DNA from: Lama guanicoe
Taxonomy: Eukaryota
Reading direction: 5' to 3'
DNA: 20,000 bases
NCBI GenBank assembly: GCA_013239625.1
Contig: MU053404.1
Coordinates: forward strand, 75,309 to 95,308
Below are positions 1 through 10,790 of the stretch, in pieces. Within the stretch, counting starts at the first letter, position 1. Each line of letters begins with the position of its first letter. The position numbers and the translations under genes are program-made. Under the pieces are notes generated by a model. That model saw nothing but the letters and a program-made list of their open reading frames with translations. It did not search any database and was not told where the DNA came from.

Positions 1-480
1 TATACTATATTTCTGGAAAATCTATGACCATTGCTACTTGAAACATTTCCTTCCCTCTTCTCTCTCTTTTTATGGGACTCTCATTTCTAGAAGTTGACAC
101 TTTTATTTATATCTTCTCTCTCTCTTTCCCCTCCCCATTTTTGGTATTTTTATTCTTCAGGACCTGCCGCCTTTAGGAGAGTACCACTATCTGATATTGT
201 GGATTTCTGGATCACTAATTCGTTTCTCTCCTGCACCCATCCTGCCACTTATCTTCTCTGTTGACTTATTTGCTTCAACTAACATGTTTCATAATGAATA
301 TTTCCCTTTGTTCTTTTTATGCTTTATATTCTCAGTATCTTCCCTAATATCCTTGAGTATGTTCATCAGGCTTATTTTCAAATTCTAACTCTTTCCCAAT
401 AATTTAGATTCCTGTGGCATACATTGTTTACTTTCATTCTGGTTGTGCTCTCTGATGTCAGGTTAATTTGACATGTGTAC
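1..480 (-). mobile_element. Ancient L1 (L1ME/L1M-type) ORF1-region fragment
   Basis: T-rich tract beginning 'tttctggaaaatctatgaccattgctacttgaaacatttccttcc...tatgggactctcattt' resembles antisense old L1 ORF1. Boundaries approximate. Confidence 0.55.
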
Positions 481-799
481 TCATGATCCCAGAGATAGTG
501 CTGCCCTGTTTGATAACTGGTCAGGCCCTAGCTCTAGTTATTCACTTGAAGGAGGGTATGGGGACAGGATGGTCCCCAGAGAATGTCTCAGGCACCACAC
601 AATTATCAGCCATTCCCACTTATTGCCACTCCGTGTAGAAACATCTACGATCACTAGGAAGAAGGCATCTTCTTAGCTTGTATTCCAAAAGCCTTAAGGA
701 TTTAAAGAGAGACCAAGTGAGTGGCCATGAGCTCACCTGTTTCTGTCAGCTGTCCATGCTTGCAGGGCTTTTAACTGCCATCATGGCACCCCATGGAGA

Positions 800-1292
800 A
801 GAGATGGCTGGCTTTCCTCCAATGCAAGGTTTTTGCTTCTTCCATAGTAATGTAATATTATCTGGGCATGTGGACACCAAATATAATAAATACATTTCCC
901 AGGCTCAGCTGCAGCCAGGTGAGGCCAGGTGACCAAGTTCTGGCCAATAAGACATAAATGGAAGAGGTCTGTGCAGCTTCCCCCAGATTTTTGCCTTCAT
1001 GGGAAAGGTTGTGCCCTCCAGTTGACTTTTCCTTTTTATTATCAGTTAAAATGGAGACTTATTGGCAGGAGTTTAACAGTCACCTTGGACCATAATATGG
1101 AACCATTCTTTGAGGTTGGCAGAAAACCAAGAGCCTGAATTCTTTATAATTATGTGAGGCTTTTGGAATACAAGCTATGTCAACATACCATAAGACTGCT
1201 TATCAGTGCATGAAAGAACAATAAATGTCCGACTTGTTGAAGCTACAATTATTCAGAATTTCCTTATTATAATAGCTAAACCATTATCATGT
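800..1292 (+). mobile_element. MLT1J-like (ERVL-MaLR) solo LTR
   Basis: Characteristic blocks: 'tacatttcccaggctcagctgcagccaggtgaggccaggtgaccaagttctggccaataagacataa', 'caccttggaccat' and 3' 'aataaatgtccgacttgttgaagctac' (AATAAA 1220-1225). Confidence 0.7.
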
Positions 1293-1745
1293 TCCCTACA
1301 AAATCCTACTTACGTAAGCAGGACAAATATCAAAAATTTCATTTCATGGAAGAAAATACTAGACTTATACAAAATAAGAGTGGGCACTTAGGTTAGGATC
1401 CAGGACTCCTGGGACCCAGCCCAGGACGCTTTCCTCATGAAACTCGGTGATGAGTTTGCTCCATGGTCTCCACGTTAGACAATGGTTTTGCCCTCACTCT
1501 CTGCCTTGATATGGACTTCTGAATTTTATAATGTAGAAATAAAAATCAGACTCTCCAATCATCTCTGATTCAGTCTTGGTTGAGACTAGAGGACCCACAC
1601 ATTACAACAGAAAGAACCTTGAGAAGACACAAGATTCCTTGAGTGCAAATGGCAAAGTCAGCATCACGAGCAGCCCTGGCTTAAGCAGATAAGGAAGAAG
1701 GTTAGAAAATAGCTACACCCTAGTTACCATAATTTTTACCTTAAG

Positions 1746-1840
1746 TTTATTCATTTATCTTCTCATTATTAATTGTTCATAAACCTGTTTACTGAAAATA
1801 ACATAGATCATTTCTGTATTGTTGAGAGCTTTGTTTTAAT
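1746..1840 (-). terminator. Candidate polyadenylation signals for the OR transcript
   Basis: Minus-strand ATTAAA at 1840-1835 and AATAAA at 1751-1746, about 475-565 nt after the OR stop, in AT-rich unique sequence. Chance matches are common in such DNA. Confidence 0.3.
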
Positions 1841-2314
1841 GGCTACAAGGATTTTTGATTCATAAGCTTCATTCAATAAGTGTTTAGGTAGTTTCCTCTT
1901 TTTGGAGGGAAAAATACACTGTTCACTTAAAGTTGTAAACACTTTGCCATCCAATATTGACCTTACTTGCTAATATTTTTGAACATTAACCTAACCTCCA
2001 TAATCTCACTGATCAAAATCCGACCAGACCTTTAGAAATGAACATTGCAAAAGACATTTGCTTTCATGAAAAGTTTTTTTATAAGTAAAATAAGTGAATA
2101 GATATGCCACTCTTAACAGATTAACTATAAAGAAATATACAAAATCTTGATTTTCCTCAATAATATCAAACTCATGGTGCAGAGTCAGGGGAGAGGAGTG
2201 GTGACAAGGTGCATGTGGGAATCAGAAATGAGACACTCGAGGTAGAAATTTCTGTGACGTTCCTCACTGAGGGGATGGAGGACACCTGCAGTTTCTCTGC
2301 AGGAGTCATTTGCC

Positions 2315-3259
2315 TCATGAAAAGGAAACCTTGCCCCTGACAAGCCTCCCCAGGGCCCTCTTCATGTCCTTGTTGCACAGGCTGTAAATGAAGGGGTTCA
2401 GCAGGGGAGTCACCACTGTGTACATGACGGCCCCTGATACATCATCTTCTACTGAGTTTAAGGAAGAGGATGAGGGGTGCAGATAAGTCCTGATCACAGT
2501 CCCAAAGAACAAGGCAACAACAGCAAGGTGGGATCCACATGTAGAGAATGCCTTGTACCTCCTTTGGGCAGAGGGGGCCCTAAGGATGGCTGAAGCAATG
2601 TGGATATAAGAGACCAGGATGAGCACAAAGGGGATTAAAATGACTGCTCCCCCCAGGAAGAAGAGCACAAACTCATTGACCCTAGTGTCAGAGCAAGACA
2701 CCTTCATCAGGGGTCCCAGGTCACAGAAGAAGTCGGGAATGATCTTCTTAGAGCAGAAGGAAAGTCGGAATATTAGGACGGTATGGGTCATGGCAACAAG
2801 ACTAGTAAGGGTCCAGCAGGCAGTAACCAGGAGGACGCAGTGCCGGTGGCTCATGACCACTGTGTAGTGGAGAGGGTAGCAGATGGCCACGTAGCGGTCA
2901 TAGGCCATTGTGGCCAGGAGAAATATGTCCATGTCCCCAAAAGTCAAGAAGAAGTAGAGCTGAACCAGGCATTCTGCACAGGAAATGGACCTGCTCTGGG
3001 TCTGGATGTTCACCAGGGCCTTAGGCACGGTGGTGGAGGTGAAAAGGATGTCGTCACAGGACAGGGTGGCAAGGAAGAAGTACATGGGGGTGTGGAGACA
3101 CCTGTCAGTGCCAACGGCGAGCACGATGAGCAGGTTCCCGGCCACAATGACCACATACATCCACAGGAACAGCAGGAAGAGCATGTGCTGCTGCTCTGGC
3201 CGCTCAGACAGTCCCCAGAGGAGGAACTCGGAGATGCTGCTCTGGTTCCCTCCTGCCAT
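2315..3259 (-). CDS. OR1P1: Olfactory receptor, class II, family 1 (OR1P1-like); single coding exon, 314 aa
   Basis: Hallmark OR motifs: N-glycosylation sequon NQS, GNLLI, LHTPMYFFL, MAYDRYVAIC, PLHY, FFCD, KAFSTCGSHL, PLLNPFIYSL. True ATG at 3259-3257 (MAGGNQ); the ORF track start at 3265 is a GTG. Stop TGA at 2317-2315. OR identity is near certain. The OR1P1 symbol rests on recalled subfamily traits (EFLLWGLS, LTFGDMDIFLL, IPDFFCDLGPLMK, FFGTVIR, serine-rich ECL3) and is less certain (about 0.7). Confidence 0.95.
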   Translation of the reverse strand: MAGGNQSSISEFLLWGLSERPEQQHMLFLLFLWMYVVIVAGNLLIVLAVGTDRCLHTPMYFFLATLSCDDILFTSTTVPKALVNIQTQSRSISCAECLVQLYFFLTFGDMDIFLLATMAYDRYVAICYPLHYTVVMSHRHCVLLVTACWTLTSLVAMTHTVLIFRLSFCSKKIIPDFFCDLGPLMKVSCSDTRVNEFVLFFLGGAVILIPFVLILVSYIHIASAILRAPSAQRRYKAFSTCGSHLAVVALFFGTVIRTYLHPSSSSLNSVEDDVSGAVMYTVVTPLLNPFIYSLCNKDMKRALGRLVRGKVSFS

Positions 3260-3359
3260 GAGCACAGAAGTCAGAGAAAGAGACCTTGAGTGACACCCAT
3301 TAACACTCTTCTAACACATTCCACTCTAGATGATTGATGAGCATACCAGGCTCTCAACT

Positions 3360-3390
3360 CTTGAGAAGAAAAAGAAGAGTGATCTTAGTT
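3360..3390 (-). promoter_or_regulatory. Candidate splice acceptor for the OR coding exon
   Basis: Minus strand reads AACTAAGATCACTCTTCTTTTTCTTCTCAAG|: branch-like CTAA, pyrimidine tract, AG at 3361-3360, 100 nt upstream of the ATG. Confidence 0.5.
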
Positions 3391-3592
3391 CATTGGTATT
3401 GGTCACCTACTACATGCACTGTATACTTTTTATTGAAGCCTACCAGATACAATATACTAGGAAGTGTGGGAGACAATCTAAGGGCATTAAACTGGATTTC
3501 TTGGTTTATTTCTCAACACTCCTTTCTGTTCCAAATTTCTTTAGTTGTAGTTTCTTTTTCTTCAGCTGCACTCTCAGGAGAGTCTAGAAGTT

Positions 3593-3850
3593 TTCACTTA
3601 TTTATTCATTCATTCCACAGGTATTAGGTACCAACTCTAGACCTGGTAGACTGCTGGATAAATAAGACAGTGATAATCATTAACCTCAGAGAAGCTTCAG
3701 TCTAATGGGATACACATAACTGTCTATAAAAAAAAATCCTGTAAAATGTTGATTCAGGGTCCTTTGTGTAAAGCAAAGGATCTGGAACTTTACTGCATCT
3801 GTTATAAAGGGCCACTAAAGCTACCTGAGCAGGAAGTGACATTCGTGCTT
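3593..3850 (-). mobile_element. L2 3' end fragment
   Basis: 'ttatttattcattcattcc' is the reverse complement of the L2 (GAAT)n tail, followed by L2-like 'aataagacag...cctcagagaagcttcagtctaatggga'. Confidence 0.6.
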
Positions 3851-4589
3851 GAGGAGACCCAATATGTGAAAAGCTTGTTCCTTTCCCAGGTGTGAAACTA
3901 GCTGAAGTTTAGTTAGACCCAGAGTCGATCAGTCAGGTGGAGGCAAAAAACCACCTTCTTTACTGAAAAAGACGAGGTGGGAAAATGTACCTTAGCTGTG
4001 TTCACTAAGTGAGCTTTTAAATATGCTTCCAAAGTTAAATCTCTTTCCCCTTTCACAGGCTCAGCTGGACGGTCACGTGTCTCTCCCCCAGGGGAAGAGC
4101 CCGCCCCTCTAAAAGACAAAACTGGGAAGAAGAGAGCAAAGTGGCTGTTTCCTGAAAGTGAGCAGAATCCTGATGAGAAGGGAGAAGTTGAGGCCCGAAA
4201 GTCAGCAATCAGATGAGTCACTGGATAAAGCAGTGCAGAGGTCAGGGCTGCTGGTCTAACGGAAGAGGACTTCATACAGAGAGAAACATCGGGAGAAGGG
4301 AGGGCTTGTTCCCCTAATGAGTGAGGCAATTGTATATGGATGAGCTTTCTCTCCATTGCTGTTGGTAAAATTCCACGCATTACCACACCAGTATCACCTA
4401 CTACAGAAAATGTCACCACTGGTCCTTCCACGGAGAAAAGATTGTCCCTGCACCGAATTTCCACAATATTTGTCTACAGAATTTTTATGATTTTTTTCTG
4501 TTGGCACTTGAATTGAACATTTTCTTGTCCCTGTATTACCTGTAGGTTCTTTGTTATATTTTGCTTTCTGCAAAATAGTAGCTGCAATA

Positions 4590-6305
4590 GTGCCTTGGAT
4601 ACAGCAAGATTTAAAGAATTACAAGAAAGCTCTGAAAAATTCAAGCTTTACAGAGAATTATGTAGAAAAAAAAATCTCTATAGAGAAAAATTCCAGTACA
4701 GTGTATCGCCAAGAATTCTCAAAATTTCATAAGACAGTTAAGGTTTGGGAAAGAATATTACAAAGGGGAAATAAAGAAACGCAGAGAAGAAATGTCTAGA
4801 CACCAGGAAGATGTGAAATAGGAATGGAGGAAACGCTAGAAAGAAACTGAAGAAGTCATTTCTTCAGCGAAAACTCTAAGAAGTCAAAGGAAAATGACTA
4901 ATACAGAAATCATTGGAAAGGACATAAAGGATAGATATTTAAAAAGGAAAATAAAACAAAAATTTTAAGTGAGATTAAAAAGTTAGAAAGAGATGAGTAT
5001 AGAAAACTAATAAAGGAGACTCAGTCTATGATAAACAGAGCCTCTAAGATGATAACCAAACATTGGAATAGAAGAAATATTTAAGATTATAATTTAAATA
5101 AACTTCACTGAAATGAAAGAAAACCTTACTCTACATATTGAAAAGACATCTCTTACACCTGGGAAAATTGATTTAAAAAATAGTCAATTCCAAAACATAT
5201 TTTAGTACAATTATGACACTTTTAAGATAAAGAATCCTCAGGCAACCAGCTCTTCCTCCCCCTCCCCTCAAAAATCAAGGAAGTGACAAGGAGGAAAAAT
5301 CAGGTTGGCATCAGTCTGACAGCAACATTCAAAGGCATAAAATAATAAAAGAACAGCTCAGGAAACTCAAAAATATAAAGGTGAGTCAAGGATTTGTTTT
5401 CAGCCAATCTGTACTTTGAGTATAAGGGCTTCAAGCAAAAAGTTCAGAACATAAAGAAATTCCGGGAATGTTGTTCCCATGAACTCTTCCTGGGGAAACT
5501 GCTAGAACAGGAGCTTCAGATAATCAAAAAAGGGTTGAAGTAACCTCGGCGAAAGGACTAGTAAAAAGCACTAAGTATATATTTACTATAGAACTAAGAT
5601 CAAAATGTGGGGTTAAAGGTGGTAAAACAGTATGTAAATTAATATACTCTAATAATGTGGAAATAACTACCAATAAATGGGAGATGGAAGAGGAAAGTGA
5701 AAAGTATAATAAATTCCTGATTTTCCCTGAGGAACAGCTAGGAGAAAAGGAATTGAATATTAAGCAGATCTGTCAAATAGTAGGTGTTTAAGCCTATTAA
5801 AGAAGACAAAAGATAGACTAAGAAAGATAATACTGCTGATAAAATAGTGTTATTGGAGGGTGGAAAAGAGGGAAGGAAGAAGAGAATAAATGCTACAACT
5901 TAACTTTCTTGTTGTTTAGACTAAGGAACAAAAGAGACTGTCTAAAGAAAGAGAGGGCTCAGGGCACATGTTACTTTGAGGTATTATCAGAATGGAATAT
6001 GTCCTATGATGAGAGAGAAAGAAAGAGAAGGAACAGACTACATACTAAAGGGCATAAAAGAGTGTGACAGGTAAAATAATCTGACAGACCTAGGCCAAAC
6101 ATATCAGTCATGTTAATAAATATAAACGAGCTTAATGCCCCCTTTAAAGAAAAAAGTATAAATTGACTCACCAAACAAAACCCAACTCTACTCTGTATAC
6201 AAAAGAATGAGCTAAAATAAGGAATTCAGAACAGTTGAAAATGAAATGATAGGCAAAGGCGTGGAGGCTAATGTGAACACAAGGATGTGATCTTTATATC
6301 AACAA
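4590..6305 (+). mobile_element. Highly decayed L1 (L1ME-like): ORF1, spacer and start of the ORF2 endonuclease
   Basis: Strongly A-rich. ORF1-like 'aatcaggttggcatcagtctgacagcaaca'. Endonuclease start near 6095-6300 ('aaatataaacgagcttaatgcccc', 'caaaacccaactctactctgtatacaa'), matching NVNGLN and CxQETH motifs in degraded form. Confidence 0.7.
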
Positions 6306-7370
6306 GTTGGTGATGGAGCAACTGGATATCTACCTGCCAAAGAATGAAAGAATGACCCCTACCTCAGACCATATTGAAAATGAAGTCAAAATGTATCAAA
6401 GATCTTAATGTAAGAGCTAAAACCATAAAACTCTTAGAAGAACAAAGGGAATAAATCTTCATGACCTTGGATTGGGCAATGGCTTCTTAGATATGACACC
6501 AAGAGCTTTGTCAACAAAAGAAAATGTAGATAAATTGGACATCATCAGATTGTAAAACATTTGTACTTCAAAGGACACCATCAAGAAACTGAAAAGGCAG
6601 CCCACAGAATGGGAGGAAATTCTTGCAAATCATAAATCTGATGAGAGATGATTGTCAAGAATATAAAAAGAAAAATTACAGCTCAATAATAGAAGACAGC
6701 TAACACAGTTTTAAAATGAGCAAAGGATCTGAATAGACATTTATCCAAAGAAGACACACAAATCAGCACTAAGCATATAAGAAATGTTCAACATCATTAG
6801 CCGTTAGGGAAATGCAAATCACAAAGTGCCATTTCACATCGCCTTGGATGGCTAGAATCAGTAAGCCAGATAACATGAGTTGTTGAGGACGTAGAGACAC
6901 TGGGACCCTGATAAACTGCAAGCTGGAATATAAAATGGTTCTGTTTCTTCGGAAAATGGTCTGGCAGTTTCTCAAAAGGCTAAACAGAGAGTTTGCATAT
7001 GACTCAGCAATTTCACATCCAAGAAAAATGAAAATATGTGTCATCATAAATGTTTGTACATAAAGCTTCAAAGCAGTATTATTCATCATAAACCAAAATG
7101 GAACATGACCCAAATATCCATCAACTGGTGAATGAATCAATAAGATCTAGCATATCATGCAATGGAATGGTATTTGACAATTACAAAGAAGTGAATTACT
7201 GATACACTACAACATGGATGGACCTTGAAAACATTATACTAAGTGGAAGAAGCCAGACTCAAAAGCTAACATATTGTATGATTCAATTTATATGAAATTT
7301 CCTGAATAAGCAATGTAGATCAGTGGCTGTCTAAGTCTGGGAGAGATGGGCTAGTGGGGGTGACAGGTAA
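6299..7370 (+). mobile_element. L1MB-like element: ORF2 C-terminal region plus 3' UTR
   Basis: 'caaagatcttaatgtaagagctaaaaccataaaactcttagaagaa' (KDLNVRAKTIKLLEE), 'cagcccacagaatgggag', 'aacatggatggaccttgaaaacattatactaagtg', 'tattgtatgattcaatttatatgaaa'. No poly-A tail seen. Confidence 0.9.
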
Positions 7371-7777
7371 CCCGTCAGCAGTGTGTCCCCATGAGCAACA
7401 CACAGGAGGGGGAGAGGGTGAGCGACTCCTTGAGGGGCCAGAAAGAGGAGGGTCTGACAAAGACACTGGGATGCAGAGATCTCTGAGGGCATCACCCTCC
7501 ACCTGGCCGGGGCAGGACTCAGCACACTGGGCTGCATGCCAGGCTCTGCCGGACATCAACACAGGCTCAGAGCAAGACCCTCCTAAGTAAAGAGCATTTC
7601 CTGCCAAGTCACACAGCAAAGCAGGATTCTGCCAGAGCCTCCCTGCTGAGGAGGAGGATGATGTTGGGGGCAGGACAGTGCTCAAGGAAGAGAACTTACA
7701 CTCAGTGGGTCCTACCAGGACCCCAGACCCAGGAACATCCTAAACCTCTTTAGAGACACTGGAAGCAGACATTGTGC

Positions 7778-7852
7778 CAATGAGGAAAGTGAGGCTGGAA
7801 GAGGCTGAGTGAGGTGCCCCAGGTCACACACTGATGAGTAGCAGAATCTGCC
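7778..7852 (-). mobile_element. MIR core fragment
   Basis: 'aatgaggaaagtgaggct...gccccaggtcacacactgatgagtagcagaa' matches the reverse complement of the MIR core. Confidence 0.7.
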
Positions 7853-8199
7853 TCTGCTCTTACCCCTGTAACTCCTGGTGCCGGGCACTGGTGTCCTGTA
7901 CTTTGGAAGGCAGAAAGGCCAGGTAGAGCTGATGTTTGGGCTTAAATAGCTTCCTACTGGCCAACTCGCTGTCCATTCTGACTCTCTCTCTGAGGGCTGA
8001 CAGATGCCATCTTGGGTCCCCTGAGTTCCCTCCATCAGTGCCTGCCTGACCATGACGGTCTCCCTGTGACCTGTCCATTCAACACCACCAGTCAATCTGA
8101 CACTGCCTGTTCTATTAGACCAAATAGGATATTTTTCAGTTTCTTGGACACACAGGCTCCCTCAACCCCACTCCCTAGTCCTCAGCTCTGGTTTCTCAG

Positions 8200-8548
8200 T
8201 TACTCTTTCTTCTCCTGGAACATTCTCTCCACCATCACTTACCACCCCTGTTAATGCATTAAGTCCTCTACATCCCTGAGGTCCCAACATAAATGTCCTT
8301 AAGACAACTTCTCAGGCTATCTGCATCTTGCTGGGCATTCCATTATCAACCTTCACTGGCCTCCTTTCAACACTACTACAGTTTATAACATCTACTTCAT
8401 CAAGTTCAGCATCAGCACAAGAATGAAAGCTTTAGGAAGTCAGGTCCTTGTGTGATCTGTTCATCATGAAATTCCCCAGGGCTTAAGATAATACTTGGCA
8501 CCAAAGAGATGTTCACTAAACAATGTCTGAGTGTATGAAGGCATGAAC
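8200..8548 (+). mobile_element. L2 3' end
   Basis: 'tctcctggaacattctc' ... 'aagctttaggaagtcaggtccttgt...ttggcaccaaagagatgttcactaaacaatgtctgagtgtatgaa' follows the L2 3' terminus. Confidence 0.6.
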
Positions 8549-10331
8549 ACTGGAAGATGCATAATTCAACTTCTCCACTTTACCTTCTGAAAACTAAGGC
8601 CCACAAACATGAGAAAAACAAAAAGGCAGCTTCCCTGATTTCACATGTGGGTGGAAGGAGGGGGACTATCCACTGACCCTACATTCGAGAATTCCAGAAC
8701 CTTTCACTGGCGGCAGACAAACTATAGGCTTGCCTTGATGTAGGAGAGAGATTAGTGCACATTCTCAATTCCCACCCAAACTGAGACCTCTAATATCATG
8801 AACCAGTCCCATTGGAAAGAATTTCTCGATCAAATCACATGCTCCCTTTTTCAGAGTGCCCAACTTTCTGAGTCTCCCCACCAGAGCTAGAATATGAAAT
8901 CCACAGCCATCATAAAAAATCCACCCTTGGATTTTCTGTGTGTAAAAGAAACTCTTCTCTCACCAGTGCATCCATGCTGTCTGGGGAGGGGAGCTGGCTC
9001 TTACTCCTCCCTGCTGTCCTGTTTGTGAAGCCTTTCTGGACACACCAGCCACAGGGAACCTCCTTTGTCCGTTCTCTCCCATCACTTATTTTCTCTGTTC
9101 ATTTGATGGCTGCCATAAACTGCCTGAGGAATCTATTGTCTCCTGGTGGAAAAGTCTTTCAGATTTACATCATCCTTCCTAAGGATGTTAACAAATGCTT
9201 AGGTCTTTTCTTCCCCAATTGACTCTTGACATTGCAGAGATGGAGGGCATACCTTATCCACCTTCACAGCCCTCTCTGCTCTAGGACAGCTTGGCCCATG
9301 TTTGCTGTCATGCACGGGGGCCGTCTTGGGGCTTGTGCTCCACCCCAGCTGTCAAGCTTACCTTCCTGCCTGGGTTCATCGCTGAGGACCTACCGCCTCT
9401 TCAATGCTCTGCATCATTGGAAACTGACATGAAAAATCTGCTCAAGTACTCAGAGGCTGTTCCTTTGTGGAGCAATGAACATAATAACAGACTCGTATGC
9501 AGGCTACCTGCCTCTGCTGCAGCAAGCCTGTCCTACACCCCAACTGCAGCAGGACTGCAGACTGGGGTATTTCTGTTCATTAACATCAGGACCTCTGAAA
9601 TAACCGTAGGGTTCTCAGCCCTGGGCTCTAAAGGGACTTGTGCTATGTATATATTTCCCAGGTAGCCTCAGTGTGAGCCTCTCGGGGCTCCTGTGGGAGT
9701 TTGAAGCTTAATAATTGCCCCCTGCCCTCTACATCCCCTCAGGAGCAGTTGCTGAGAAAGGGAGAACTATGTGGTCCAGCAGCATTGGGAGTTCCTTTCA
9801 GAAAAGTTATTAACTGCCTGTCTCTTGGGCTCAGCTAAAGAGCCACCCCTTCCATCCAAAACTATCTCCTTTGGTCAATGATATCTGAAATGACACTCGT
9901 TAATTCAGTCACAAAAGGGCTCTGCTAAAATTATGATACCTTGTGTGGAGGAAATAACCTCTTCAGATAGTAGAAAATGTATGAAGTCGTGGAAATTCTC
10001 ACTCAATGTAGTTTTTTCTCAGAATTTTTATGAGAAGGTCATGATAAGCTTGGTGGAGGGATGGAGAGAGAGACAAATATTGGGACACAGTGGTCTGTGA
10101 GCTTCTAGTGAGAGAACATTGAGGACTAAGGGGCACCAGGAGCAGTGGGTGCCAGGAAACTCCAGACCCTGGACATGCTTGCTGACCCACTACAGATCCT
10201 TCATGATGGTCAGCTCCTGGCTCACCAGCAGCTGCCCTCCCCAGAACGGGTGTCTGCACTTGGTCCTCTAAATACAGCTGCTGCAGATGTGATCAGAGCT
10301 TAGACCCAGCACAGCCCCATTTCACCAGCAA

Positions 10332-10790
10332 TGACATATGAACCTCATGGTAACCACAAACCAAAAACCTATAACAGATAAACAAAGTAAAAAATAAAAA
10401 TAAGAGAATATAAACATAACACTGTAAAAAAAGACAAAGAAAGCCATTTCATAATGATAAAGAGGTCAATTCAACAGGAGGCTATCATATTTGTAAATAT
10501 TTGTGTCCCCAAAAGAGCAGCATATAAATATGTACAGGAAATATTAATAGGAATTAAAGGGAGAAATAGAGACAATAATAAGTAGTGTTTTAACACACCA
10601 CTTACTTCAGTGGATAAATCACCAGTCATAAAATCAACAAGAAAAAAATGGATTTAAATGACAAATTAAACCAGATAGACTTAGTAGATATGAACAAAAC
10701 ATTCAATCCCAAGGCAGCAGAATGTACATTCTCCTCAAGTGCACATGGAACATTCTCTAGGATAGACCACATACTCAGACATAAAAGAAC
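10332..10790 (+). mobile_element. Internal L1 fragment (inter-ORF spacer fused to mid-endonuclease)
   Basis: Spacer-like 'aacctcatggtaaccacaaaccaaaaacctataacagata', then endonuclease-like sequence (DKE.HFIMIK..IQQE; 'ttctcctcaagtgcacatggaacattctctaggatagaccac' = FSSSAHGTFSRIDH). Confidence 0.88.

Noticed and set aside
3260..3265. ORF-track start giving 316 aa (ML-MAGG)
   Set aside because: The first codon is GTG; the first in-frame ATG after the upstream stop is at 3259.
2619..3293. Plus-strand ORFs (82, 168 and 102 aa) antisense to the OR
   Set aside because: Shadow ORFs produced by OR codon usage; no recognisable protein features.
3913..4464. 183-aa minus-strand ORF
   Set aside because: Non-ATG start, no recognisable domain, and adjacent to an old L1.
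6769..7140. 123-aa minus-strand ORF
   Set aside because: Antisense translation of the L1 3' region.
8915..8934. Short inverted repeat AAAATCCA-CCCT-TGGATTTT
   Set aside because: An 8-bp AT-rich stem can arise by chance in 20 kb; no supporting context.
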